Shown one piece after another: positions 1-13,580 of a DNA stretch of 64,000 bases. The translations under genes and the position numbers were made by a program. The stretch is from Octopus vulgaris (taxonomy: Eukaryota). The stretch's first letter is position 1, and each line of letters starts with the position of its first letter. The stretch covers positions 51,770,001 through 51,834,000 of the forward strand of contig OX597821.1 in the NCBI GenBank assembly GCA_951406725.2, read 5' to 3'. The notes below the pieces were generated by a model. That model ran no database searches and was not told the origin of the DNA. It worked only from the letters and a program-made list of their open reading frames with translations.

Positions 1-579
1 CCCCAAAAAACATGGAAAGTCAATAAAGTTTTTTCATTAGATTATATCGCTAGACGAACAGAAACTTATGAACTAATGGGCTTTCTTTATTATTAAACTT
101 ACATTTGTCTGTCGTCATCATCGTGTTGTTGTTTTGCTAAAGATGAAGTAAACAAACTTTCTTTAGTCAATTTCGAATTACTCGAAGTTCTCAACAACTT
201 GTTTATCTATTTTATATTTTCTTCGTCAATTCTTTTATATCATGATTCAACTTGACTTTTCCGCCATTTTAGATTTTTACTGATTGCCTCATGGTTTCTT
301 TCCTGCCTTTATTTAACCTACCATAACCCTTCCATTTGTGTTTTGGTAGCAATCGCATAAAACCTAGAACTTCCATTAGTTTTCGGGTTGGCTTTTGTAT
401 ATTTTGTTTGTACTTTTTGTAACTTGTATTCTTTGTTTTAATCCTTGCTTTCTATAATCCAATCTATCCATTAGATTAAGTGAACTAAAGAACTAATCAA
501 TACCATTACTTATCCAATTGATGTACAGAAATGTTTTCTCTCTCTTATTAGCAGAACATGTAACAGGAATGTCCATTAG

Positions 580-1350
580 GGGACTCTGGCAGAAATAGGT
601 TCATTTGTGGTTACTTTATTATCATTTAGTAATAACCCTTTTCGTCCCGAGTTCAAATCCTGTAGGGATCGATTTTGCTTTTAATACTTCCGAAGTCGAT
701 AAAATCAAATATCAATCGAGTAATTTAATCAAATATCAATCAAATATATTTAATCGGTTCATCCCCTCCCCCTAAAAATTTCTTCCTTTGTGTCTAAATT
801 CTTTTTATTATAGGCACAAGGCCTGAAATTTTGAGGGATGTATCTAATCGATTACATCAACCCCAGTGATCAGTTAGTGCAATTTAATCGATCCCGGAAG
901 GATATATGACAATGTCGTCCTCAGCTGAATTTGAACGCAGGACTTAGTGTGGCAGAAGAAATGCCATTTAGCATTTTGTCCGACCTGATAACGATTCTGT
1001 CAACTCACCGCTTTAACCTTGTGCCAAAACTTAGAAACAATTATTTCTAAAGAAATGGATTGGCACAATTGCAAAGTGACGGGAAAGTGCCTTGCTGTAT
1101 TTGTTCTGGTTTTTAATGTTCTAACCTCAAATGATGCTGAGATCAACTGATCCATTCATTCTTCCGGAGTTGATGAAAGAAAATACCTCAGGTGGTGAGC
1201 TGGCAGAATCGTTAGCATACAGGGTAATATTCCACCAAGGTCGACTTTGTCTTTCTTTTGGAGTTGATAAAATAATGACCACTTAAGCACTGAGGCCAAT
1301 GTAATCGACTTGCCTCTTACCCCGAAATTGTTGGCTTGTACCTAACTTTG
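580..1350. mobile_element. Cluster of degenerate family A SINE copies (+ about 580-800, - about 810-1013, + about 1055-1350)
   Basis: gagttcaaat B-box, gtcgactttg...gtcgataaa core and ccttgtgcc tails in both orientations. Confidence 0.7.
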
Positions 1351-2440
1351 AAATTGATTTTTAAAAATATCTGTCAAGTCCTGGGTCGATAAAATCAGTT
1401 TGTCTCTTCCTTAAATTTCTAACCTTGAGTCTATGTTAGAAGCTCCGGGAAGAGATCATTGTTCCTCATATTAGATATACTAGAGAGTAGTAATAATACT
1501 CCGGAACGTTACAGTATTCACTAGTTGTATCGTTGACACTTTCTTAGAAAATCTACAAAAACGAACTCATGTTGTATCAGATAGTGGAGTAAGAAGACAG
1601 AAATATTCGATTGCAAAACGTCTAACAAGCTAACCACATAACACAGTTACTGCTGTTGTTTAGGCCCAAATCCGCTCTAACCGAGTATACATACGCACAT
1701 AGGCGCAACTAAGTGGGAACTAAAGATCTATTGTTACAGATATACCATGTTACCGAACAGATATGGATCCATACTTTTTGCATGCTGTTATAGATTGTAA
1801 GGTGGAGCGCTGTGACACTCTGAACATATAAATATATAGTTTTCGTGGTCTTGTGTGTGACCACGCAGAATCCATGTCATTGTCTTTGTTTTGTCTAGTT
1901 AGTTGCAGGATCCTTGCATGACTGGCGTATTTTCTTAGGGGTCAATTGTTTAAATGCCTCCGGTATTGCATCAAATAATAAATACAGCATACAGTCCATA
2001 TAACGTTATCTTAGGTATAACTGATAACAATTAACTTGTAGAGTTAACGTGAATGTCTTCTCATGGATACTACTGCGTATACTCAAGAGAGAGAGAAAGA
2101 GAAAGAAAGAGAGGGTAGGGTGAGTTCACACTTCCAAAGAGTTTCGTGATGCTTGCAATAGATTAAAAAAATACAGTTTGATACATAATCAAAAGACCTC
2201 TCGAGACGCCTGTGTCTCCAATTTCAGGAAACTAATCGTTATAAATATATGAAACTTTATCATTTTCTATCTCGAGAGCAAAATATATATCTATTAGGTT
2301 ATAAAAGAAACAATAATATTCATAGAAACTCACACCCGCGATCATACACACGCCATACTTATACATATGTATGTTCGTATATTATTGCTGTTTGAAATAT
2401 ATATGTGTGTGTATACACACACACACACACACACACATAC

Positions 2441-2524
<84 letters not shown>

Positions 2525-2773
2525 TACTTAATCCAGTGAGAGATAAATATTATTTAAGCTACAAATAGTTTCATGCAGTGGAAATATAGTCTGCACAAGC
2601 TATAACAACACGCCTTGTGCCTCAAAGAGATTGGTTTTATGGATTGCTACTGCCCTGGGGTTTGTTTTCTTTTATCTCACTTAACTGAAAGAAATATGGT
2701 TGGCTTTAATGGTGTTATTGTAACCAATGGTTGCATCATGCCTGTAATCCTTGTAGGTTCTCAACTCCAATAT

Positions 2774-3196
2774 ATATCTCTTTATTGCCCACAGGGAGGC
2801 TAAACATAGAAGGGACAAACAAGTTCAGACAAAGGGATTAAGTTGATTACACCGACCCCAGTACGTAACTGGTACTTATTTAATCGACCCGGAAAGGATG
2901 AAAGAAAGGCAAAGTTGAATTTGGCGGAATTGGAACTAAGAACGGAACGGCAGACGAAATACCTATTTCTTTACTACCCACAAGGGGCTAATTACAGAGA
3001 GGACAAACAAGGACAGACAAACGGATTAAGTCGATTATATCGAGCCCAGTGCGTAACTGGTACTTATTTAATCGAACCCCGAAAGGATGAAAGGCAAAGT
3101 CGACCACGACGGAAGTTGAACTCGGAACGTAACGGCAGACGAAATACCGCTCAGCATTTCGCCTGGCACGCTAACGTTTCTGCCAGCTCGCCACCC
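2774..3196 (-). mobile_element. tRNA-derived SINE family A, tandem dimer
   Basis: Head ggtggcgagctggcagaaacgttagc on the minus strand, two bodies, flanking near-TSD tctca(a/g)ctccaatat. Confidence 0.88.
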
Positions 3197-3420
3197 TCTC
3201 AGCTCCAATATCAGCAATAAACTAACTGATTTAAAATGATATAATCGTTTTATTTCTTTGCTTCTTGCATGCTCGTTAAAGCCACTTCTAGTTTTCTATA
3301 ATTTCGAAGGTTATTTTTCAAAATACCGTTTATCCACCATTATTGGTTGGAATCATCATAATCGATGTATTGTCTCACCTGTTTGATATTTAACTGGAGA
3401 TGGCTGCTTATATTCTATGA

Positions 3421-3950
3421 TTTAGTCTATGAATATATCAATAAAATTGTACACAAACAGCTGTCATAAATTTTTAACCTCATTTCTTTTTTATACCTAC
3501 GCCACACTCGGAACCAACCCCAGAGTAGTATCTACAGTTTAATTTGGATTTGGATTTACATATCAGCAGTATTCCACTAACACTTCAGTGCTGGTTGTGC
3601 ATAGCCATTTCTAGCGCCCCACGTGTTGATGTGCGTAGATTCTATTGGATCTTATAACTAATTTGTATATATGTGTGTGTGTGTGTGAGTGTGTGTGTGT
3701 GAGTGTGTGTGTGTGTCCCACCGAGGATTCGCAATAGGTGCTGGTGTGTTTACATCGCCCACCACCGTAGCTTAGTGGTTCGCAAAATCGGCACGATTGA
3801 ATAAGCACACACATAACAGAACATACGGGAAAACATAGAAATTCCCATCCACACACGCATCCTTATTTATTTATATGTATGTGCATATATACATTTATGT
3901 GTGTGTATTATGTGAGGTCTATTTCCCTGTGGCTATCTATATGTCAACCA

Positions 3951-3982
<32 letters not shown>

Positions 3983-4062
3983 GCACGCACATCATAAATA
4001 TGAATATTTCTATATTTAAATACGCAGATATACGTATACATATGTATGTATATGTTTGTATA

Positions 4063-4112
<50 letters not shown>

Positions 4113-4495
4113 TAAAGTTACACACACATTTATATGTATGTATATATATGTATGTATATGTACATATATATATGTAAATATATATATGTATATATATAAT
4201 TATATATATATGTGTGTGTATGGGGGAATGGAAGGTAGATAGCCGAATGGTTTAAAATTTAACCATCTATCCTTATTTCAACGTCTTGGTGTGCCAGGCT
4301 GCGTAGCGTTGATTCCACTAGAGTGCGTGTATTTGGTATACTCAGCCACGTGCACGCTAATTTATGGAGCTTAGTATTTTAGGTGATCGACTATTCATTC
4401 TTGGAAATTCTGGCTGAGAGCCATCTATATGAAATAAACGAATCCTTATATATGTGTGTTGGATGTGTGTGTATGTATGTATGATGCATGTATGC
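3421..4495 (+). repeat. Copy 1 of a local direct duplication of about 1.05 kb
   Basis: Collinear with 6552-7590 from tttagtctatgaatatatcaataaaattg to gatgcatgtatgc. Confidence 0.92.
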
Positions 4496-4743
4496 GTGTG
4501 TGTATTAAGATATTATATATATATATATGCACATATATAGTTTTATATATATATACTTATCTAAGTATATATATACCTATAGTATAGCTATATATATATA
4601 TAGTATATACATATATTTATGTTTTATGTTCATGTGTGTGCATAGGTGAGTACATATATGTATGTACATTATATGTATTCACATCTACACCTCTGGAAAT
4701 ACGCACATATACAGACGCATATAAACACACATATGTGTATATA

Positions 4744-4808
<65 letters not shown>

Positions 4809-6551
4809 TGTACGTATATATGTTACACACATAGAAGCATATGTATACGAATAAATATATATGCATATATATATGCATATATATATGCATGTATATATGT
4901 ACATGTATACTTATATAGAATACACACACACACACACACTCATACACACATGCACAAACACACACGCATACAAGCATCTTAGTGTGAGTGCAAGGAAGAA
5001 GAAACCCCATTAGAAAAATCTTCCAACTTTTATTAACGTTGTATCCACTGACAATTTTCTACTTTATTCCCCTCTTTGCAATACATAAAATGGTTTTTCC
5101 TTGTTGATCGTATTTATCATCCACATCTGACATGATCATCAAAGACAGTGAAAGAACCAAAGTGTGAGGAAGGAGAGTCTGGGTTGAGGAAATGATGTTT
5201 AATAAAACGCCACATACTCCAACATTAATGCCACTTAACGGACATTATGAAACTTTCTACTGTATTAGTTACTCACAAACTTAATACGGTTTCTCTTGCT
5301 TTCTCTCGCCCATTTGTTCATGTGTTAGAGACAGAGCTGTAGCTACTTCTCTTATTGTGGTTGCGCTTCTTCTCCTCTACTGGGTGGAGGTGATAAAGGT
5401 GGAAGGAAGCTGTATCTAGATATATAACTAAGCAAAGGTCTTGTGAATATTCTCGACATAATTTACGTTTCCATTTGGAAATGGTAAATTGATATCTTCT
5501 TTACGTTCAAGCATCTACATATTTATAAGAGAGTGAGATTAAGGTTATATGACTGTCACACCTTCCTCGGTAATGTCAGAGCTGTTATAAATGTACTTGT
5601 ATTGTCTTCTACTGGGAATCGAAACCAACTCAATGAACCACGTGCTTTCTTTCCACCAAATAGAATTTATCACAGCTTGAATAGATATATTGTTGTAACA
5701 GTTGTTATTTATTTATTCGAACATGAATCTCGAAGCACATACAACTATAAAAAGCAGCATGTAAAATTGGGCTCGAAAACTCTTTTGGATTGAAAGTATC
5801 GAGGCTCCTCTCGACTTTTTTCTCTCTAAAAGTGTTTTTCAACCCAATATTTACGTAGTATTATTTATAGTTTGTGTTTCAAAATCCATTGTTTCAAAGT
5901 AGAACTACTTCACGTTCTCTCGAAGTTTCTAAATTCTTATGATGTCATCTACAGTTGTTATTGTTTAACTCCTGATCAGCCCTGATCTTGCAGACTACTG
6001 ATCAAGGGTGTTTCAGATGTGACCATCCTATCATTTCTTTCTCCCTGCACAATATATCTGAACACTACGATTCACATAATCAAATTATGCAAAAGACTGG
6101 AAGAATTATAAGTAATCAGTTGTTCAGCTCCGAAGAAGTTAGTTCTTTCGTGTGCATAAGTAATGTGTGACCTTAAGCACGTTAATTACCTTTTTCAGAC
6201 ACTATAAATGAATTGTCAATTCTTTTATGTTCTCGTCTACTATAGACTTAAGAATTTAGAACAGAAATTAAGTATTGTGGGCACCTCTGTTACGTCTTTA
6301 ATTCTGCCTAACTCCAAAGAAACCATTAGATCTACGAAAGAAATGAAACTTCGGTACCAACTTGCAAAAATGAGACTGTAGGACGTATTATAGACATAAG
6401 TTGGTGGTACCTACTTTCCACTAAGGTAGACTGTGGCACCTACTCATGTAGGAATACTATTGTATCTATTTTCTAAGTAATACTTAGCACCTATTAGATA
6501 GGTGAGATTATAGTGCCTACTTACAACTTAGTGGACTGCGGTACCTACTAA

Positions 6552-7210
6552 TTTAGTCTATGAATATATCAATAAAATTGTACACAAACAGCTGTCATAA
6601 ATTTTTAACCTCATTTCTTTTTTATACCTACGCCACACCCGGAACCAACCCCAGAGTAGTATCTACGGTTTAATTTGGATTTGGATTTGGATTTACATAT
6701 CAGCAGTATTCCACTAACACTTCATACCGTCATTGTTGTTTATCCCACTGTGAACTCAGTGCTGATTGAGCCTAGCCATTTCTGGCGCCCCACGTGTTGA
6801 TGTGCGTAGATTCTATTCGATCTTATAACTAATTTGTATGTGTGTGTGTGTGTGTGTGTGTCCCACCGAGGATTCGCAATAGGTGCTGGTGTGTTTACAT
6901 CGCCCACGACCGTAGCTTAGTGGTTCGCAAAATCGGCACGATAGAATAAGCACACGCATAAAAGAACATACGGGAAAAGAAAGAAATGCCCAACCACACA
7001 CGCATCCTTATTTATTTATATGTATGTATGTGCATATATACATTTATGTGTGTGTATTATGTGAGGTTTATTTCCCTGTGGCTATTTATATGTCAACCAA
7101 TACACACCACCACATACCATAGATATGAATATTTCTATATTTAAATACGCAGATATACGTATACATATGTATGTATATGTTTTGTATATGCATATGTGTA
7201 TATGTATATA

Positions 7211-7252
<42 letters not shown>

Positions 7253-7590
7253 CACACACATACATAATTTATGTATATATGCATATATTTGAGGGTGTAT
7301 ATATATGTGTGTGTATGGGGGAATGGAAGGTAGATAGCCGAATGGTTTAAAATTTAACCATCTATCCTTATTTCAACGTCTTGTTGTGCCAGGCTGCGTA
7401 GCGTTGATTCCACTGGAGTGCATGTGTGTTTGGTATACTCAGCCACGTGCACGCTAATTTATGGAGCTTAGTATTTTAGGTGATCGACTATTCATTCTTG
7501 GAAATTCTGGCTGAGAGCCATCTATATGAAGTGAACGAATCCTTATATATGTTTGTTGGATATGTGTGTATGTATGGATGCATGTATGCC
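6552..7590 (+). repeat. Copy 2 of the local direct duplication
   Basis: Same unique sequence and SINE remnants as 3421-4495; differs in microsatellite lengths and one indel of about 33 bp. Confidence 0.92.
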
Positions 7591-7924
7591 TATTAAAGAG
7601 GTGAAATGTATGCCTATTAAAGAGGTGAAACTGTGATAGTTATTTATAAAAGAGAGACTATGATAGTTATTTCAGAGCCGAAAGAGTGGTACTTAATTAC
7701 AACTAGGTATTGATAGTTATTGCCTGAAATCTAGACGAGTGAAACAGCACAACAGAGGGAGTCTTTAACCTACCAAATTGTCGAATGTTTGTCCGATATT
7801 CTATTACCTCCAACTTCACTTCCTTATTCGTTATGTTTTAATATTTTAATATGTGTGTTTATATATATATATATTCAATTTAGGAGTATTAGCTAGTATG
7901 TTCTTTGTATATTCCTTTATTCTT

Positions 7925-8290
7925 TTGTTTGTTTTTAGTCGTTTGACTGCGGCCATGGCTCGAGCACTGAATTTTAGTCGAAGAAATCGTCCCTAGGACT
8001 TATTCTTTGTAAACCTGGTATTTATTCTATCGGTCTCTTTTGCCGACCAGCTAATGTTATGGAAACGTAAGCACACCGACATCGGGGTAATAAATACAGA
8101 TACAAAGACACACACATAAATGCATATATACAAACACTACGGGCTTCTTTCAGTTTCCTTCTACCAAATCCACTCACAAGGCTTTGGTCGGTTCGAGGCT
8201 ATAGTAGAAGACACTTGCCCAATGTGCCACGCCGTGGGACTGAACCCGGAATCATGTGGTTGGGAAACAAATTTCTTACCACGACTTATG
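7925..8290 (-). mobile_element. tRNA-derived CORE-like SINE family B
   Basis: Reverse complement of gggttcagtcccac...ttgggcaagtgtcttctactatagcc...gtgagtggatttggtag and of the cagtcaaatgactgaaac-type tail. Confidence 0.85.
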
Positions 8291-8291
8291 C

Positions 8292-8349
<58 letters not shown>

Positions 8350-8713
8350 TTCAATACGGAGTAAATAATTCAGGAGAAAATATCTGCGAAGATATTCTTT
8401 TCTAGTCTAGGCACGAGGCGCGAAATTTTGGAGGAAGAGGCCAGTCAATTAGATTAACCCCAGTACGCAACTGGTACTTAATTTGTCGACCTCGGCGGAA
8501 TTTGAACTGAGAACGTAAAGACAGACGAAATAATATCTGCAAAGATATTATTGACTCTATTATTATCTAGTATAACAATTAAAAATTATAATAACAGAAT
8601 CAGTAATATAGGCGATTGCAGGCCTCCAAAAAGCATTAAATAGCTGAAGCATTAAAATTAATCGGACATACTAAGTATGTCTACCTGCTGAAAATAACAG
8701 TCAAAACTCTCAG

Positions 8714-8735
8714 GCATTGTGTGTATTTTTAGGAG

Positions 8736-8789
<54 letters not shown>

Positions 8790-8811
8790 CTCCTAAAAAT
8801 ACACACAATGC
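8714..8811. repeat. Perfect palindrome: 26-bp unique arms around (TA)n
   Basis: gcattgtgtgtatttttaggagtgaa-(TA)n-ttcactcctaaaaatacacacaatgc. Confidence 0.9.
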
Positions 8812-9227
8812 ACTCGCATACAGCACGCCTGAACACAGACAATATACACACGCACACAGCATGCATAAACACATACAACTTTCGCACATAAACATACATA
8901 ACGCATATGCACACTATACGGCCACACATACTTCATGCACTAACACACACGCGCACACACATATACACGCGCTCTCATACGCACACAGGCCCACATAATT
9001 TTAAGCATACATTCACAGGCGCTCGCCCCCATTTACACGTATACACTCACATACACCATACTTACAGAGACACACGCTTGCGCCTCCTAGTTCAGCCGGG
9101 CCACCGTTATTATCTCCCTTTCATTCACCTTTTTATATTTGGTCATTTCATCATGTTGAACCGTTAATCCTTACACATTTTTCCCACTCTATTTTTTCCG
9201 TTCTCCCTCCATTTTTTTTCCTTTCAA

Positions 9228-9266
9228 TCATTTCTGTCGAAGAGCGTAGGCTCGAAACGTCAAAGA
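9228..9266 (+). ncRNA. Minimal hammerhead-ribozyme-like motif with variant core, probable PLE terminal repeat remnant
   Basis: ttt-CTGTCGA-A-GAGC-gtag-GCTC-GAAA-C-GTC-aaaga; the core differs from CUGANGA. Confidence 0.55.
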
Positions 9267-10432
9267 CATTTCCATTATTCCTGAGCGTCAAACTAATACA
9301 CCTGCTTGTTATTCCCTCACCTGTCTTTATCTTTCGTTTTCAGTAATTTGAATTATATATATATATGCGCATGTATATATTATATATGTCAAATTTAAAA
9401 TTAAAGAATTAAGGTTTAGAAAGTAGGTGTTACATGCAGTATCCAAACCTTGTTTCAGGGTGAGTCCCCGGTAGTGTGCCTGCAAAACGCACCCACCAGG
9501 GAGCAGTACAATATGAAGCTGAACCGACTGTTGTACTAATATATGCTTCTGGTTACACTCCGTCTTCCGTATTAATATATTAAAGCACACACACACACAG
9601 GGAGAGAGAGAGAGAGATCCATTTGTCTGTATGCCTATCTCAGTCTATATGGCTATCTCCTATGTGTTCTACATTTCTATCTACTAATCTAGATCCATAT
9701 ATATATATGTGTGTGTGTATGTACCTGTCTGTCTATCTATCTATCTATCGATCTATCAATCCCTCCATCGATTTGTGTATAATTCGCTATATCTATTCAT
9801 CCATTTCAGTATCGTTGTATATGTCTTCACACTTTTATCAGGCAACCATCTTTAGTATTTCCCAACATCAAATAAATCGACAACAACTGAACCACTCACA
9901 TTCAGGACACCAATATCTGGTTTAGCCGGGCATTAGAAAAAGCACATCTTACTTCATTCAGTATTGAACCGAAATATCACTGAACTGGAAAACAAGAATC
10001 TCATTCTGTGTCAGTCGCGATTGTGGGTGTGTTGGAGATGACGCTAGTTCTTTAGTTAAAGGGGCAGAACAACAATATTAGTTCTGCCTCGACACTGAAA
10101 TAAGAGGCGACGTGTTGTCTATATTGGCTCTTAATTAGAACAGAAGAAATGTACTTTTGTTCTTTGTTGAAAACTGAAAATCGGGAATAAATATAATTTG
10201 ATCTTTTCCTATGTCAATTCCATCAATTTCATCGTCTTTTTTCTACAGTTCATTTTCTGAAACAAAAACCAAAAAAAATATGCCTTGTCTTTGAATAACA
10301 AGATTCATGTTTAAATTAGTTATACTAAGTCGTAAGTCATTCGAGAGTTTAAATACGTTTTTATACCGCTGGGAGTAGGGAATGATCAATTATGCTTTCA
10401 ACCTACGTGCGTCTATAAACACACACACACAC

Positions 10433-10466
<34 letters not shown>

Positions 10467-10719
10467 GCATATGTGTGTGTGTATATATGTATATATATAT
10501 ATATGTATATATATACATATATTTATACATATATATGCATATATTTATATATACATATACATGTATATGTATATATAAATATAAATATATGCATATATAT
10601 GTATAAATATATGTATATATATATATGTGTGTGTGTGCATGTATATATATAGAGAGAGAGAGAAAGAGAGAGAGAGAAAGAGGGAGAGAGAGAGAGAGAG
10701 AGACATATATTATGTATTT

Positions 10720-10885
10720 AGGCGCAGGAGTGGCTGTGTGGTATGTAGCTTGCTTACCAACCACATGGCCAGGGTTCAGTCACACTGCGTAACAGCTTGG
10801 GCAAATGTCTTTTACCATATCCTCGGGCCGACGAAAGCCTTCTGAGTGGATTTAGTAGACGGAAGCTGCGAGGAGCCCGTCGCAT
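10720..10885 (+). mobile_element. SINE family B, 5' half
   Basis: ggcgcaggagtggctgtgtggta...gggttcagtc...gggcaaatgtctt...gagcccgtcg followed by (TG)n. Confidence 0.85.
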
Positions 10886-10915
10886 GTGTGTTTGTGTGTG
10901 TGCGTGTGTGTGTGT

Positions 10916-10963
<48 letters not shown>

Positions 10964-11019
10964 CGCTAAAACTTCCAAGTCACTGTCAATAGTATTCTTG
11001 TTTAAGAATAATACACACG

Positions 11020-11065
<46 letters not shown>

Positions 11066-12023
11066 AACACACACACACACACACATATATATATATGAGA
11101 AAGAGAAATGACAAAGGAATAAACGATTATCTTATGAACTTCATTGGCTTACAACTGTTTCTGCTGTGGTCTATTCTTCTGCTTGTTTCAGTCATTTGAC
11201 AGCGGCCATACTGTAGCACCGGCTCAAAGGGTAGAAATCAACCCTAGGACTTATTCTTTGTAAGCCCGGTACATATTCTATCGGTCTATCGGTCTTCTAT
11301 CGATCTTCTATCGGTCTTCTATCGAAGAATTGCCATTAGAACAGCAGAAATACAAGGTAAATTACCCTTACAAAGCATAAAAATTCATATACACATAGTT
11401 ATCCATTTAGCTATTTTAGCTATTTAGCTTCTAAATTTGTGGTAAATTTGTCAAGGGGCAGTTTAGCTTAAAGGTAAGACACTCCGCTAGAGTCTCGAGG
11501 GATTTGAATTCGAGTTCTATGGCTGTTTGTTCACAAATATTTCCGATTTGGAATGGTAATTTACTCAGTATTTCTGCTGTTTTAACTGCGTTCGGAAAAA
11601 TATCTTATTTGCATCGTACAATATAAATATATATATATTACTGATTTACTCTCTAATGCAAGACATAAACCTCTTAATCTTGTTTATATATTTACCATGT
11701 TTATTTATTTCGCTTTTCTTTTTTCCACCCACACCCACTAAATATTGTTTTTAATAATTCTAACAAAATACAAAATTCATAATGAGATAATTCTACAGAA
11801 TAATGGAATTACCGATCATTTAAATTAAAGAGGAAGATATTAAAACTGTATGATAAAATTTATATATTAATATTTCATAACACATTATTATAACGATTTA
11901 AGGGATGTTTAATTTTCAGAGGGAAAATATGCAATGAAAGGTGAAAAAGGAATTTGTTAGATGAAGTGATAATGGGATAGAGTGAAATAGACAGAAGTGA
12001 TAGCAACAAAGATTGATTCAAGG

Positions 12024-12104
<81 letters not shown>

Positions 12105-12460
12105 TTGTTCTATTCCTGATTCGAAGTTTGCAGTTAATTTTAATAGGCACCTGGTCACTGGCACTGTAGCAAAGAAGAAAGACATTGATTTAAACATTGA
12201 TAAATCAATTGCAGCGTGGAAGGTGTTTATAAGCCATTTAAGAAACACACAAAAGCCGTTCGATTCACTTCAACATTTAAGTTTAATATGTCAAAATATT
12301 TTCGTCGCTAAAATCCGCGACCTGTTCACTGACAAAAATCCGTGCTGCATCTGAGAAAGTAACAGTTAGTTCGTCATATATATGTACGTATGTATGTGTG
12401 TATGTATGTATACACGCATGTATGTATGTATGTACGTATGTATGTATGTATGTATGTATG

Positions 12461-12492
<32 letters not shown>

Positions 12493-12945
12493 CATGTATG
12501 TATATATATGTATGTGTGTGTATATGCACGCACATACACACTATAAACATAAAGTTATAAACCTGTAGTGATGGATAGATGTAGACTGACCACTCATCAC
12601 AATAATATCAAATTTCAACCTCCCCCGCCGAAACTAGGAAGTGATTTACGACCCTCACCCCCAAAACAAAACCCTAAAACCTATTATCAGACATTTATCT
12701 CTATATCACAGAACTTTTGTTTAACTATTACTTGTTTTTTTTTTTTGTTTTGTTTTTTCCCCTCCGTTTCTTAAATGGCTTACAAACACATTCCACGCTG
12801 CAATTGTTTTCGTTTCAGCACACGATCTCAGATCAAATCATTTGCTATGCGAGTACATCTCCGTAATTGATAAAATCGAATTTTGAAATCAATTTCTTTC
12901 TATAAGCACTCATCCTTTAGATTTTTCAGTATGTTGCAGAGTTCT

Positions 12946-13122
12946 GAATGCTTAGCGGCATTTCATATGTCTTTATGTTCTCAGTCCAAAATCCGCCGGG
13001 GTTGGCTTTACCTTTCAGCCTTACGAGGTCGATAAAATAAGTACCTGTTGAACACGGGAGTTGATTTAATCGCCTTAGCCCCTCCTCAGAACTTGCTAGC
13101 CTTGTGCCAAAATTTGAAATCA
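12946..13122 (+). mobile_element. SINE family A, short-tail variant
   Basis: atgcttagcggcatttc...gaggtcgataaaataagtac...ccttgtgccaaaatttgaaa. Confidence 0.8.
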
Positions 13123-13123
13123 A

Positions 13124-13555
13124 GGCGCAGGAATGGCTGTGTGGTAAGTAGCTTGCTTAACAACCACATGGTTCCGGGTTCAGTCCAACTGCGTGGCACC
13201 TTGGGCAAGTGTCTTCTACTATAGCCTCGGGCCAATCAAGGCCTTCTGAGTGGATTTAGTAGACGGAAACTGAGAGAAGCCTGTCGTATATATGTATATA
13301 TATATATGTGTGTATGTGTGTGTATGTGTGTGTATGTGTGTGTATGTCTGTGTGTTTGTGTTTGTCTCCCCCCCCCCCCCCCAACATCGCTTGACAACCG
13401 ATGCTGATGTGTTTACGTCCCCGTAACTTAGTGGTTCGGCAAAAGGAATCGATAGAATAAGTACTAGGCTTACAAAGAATAAGTCCTGGGGCCGATTTGC
13501 TCGACTAAGGCCGTGCTCCAGCATAACCACAGTAAAATGACTGAAACAATAATAG
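13124..13555 (+). mobile_element. Full-length SINE family B with internal TA/TG microsatellite
   Basis: tRNA-like head, CORE-like accttgggcaagt, internal microsatellite, 3' module ending atgactgaaac. Confidence 0.92.
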
Positions 13556-13580
13556 AGTGATAGAGAGAGAGAGTTCTTAA

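Noticed and set aside
6340-6550. CRISPR-like repeat-spacer array
   Set aside because: Repeats are short and degenerate, the context is eukaryotic and there are no cas genes.
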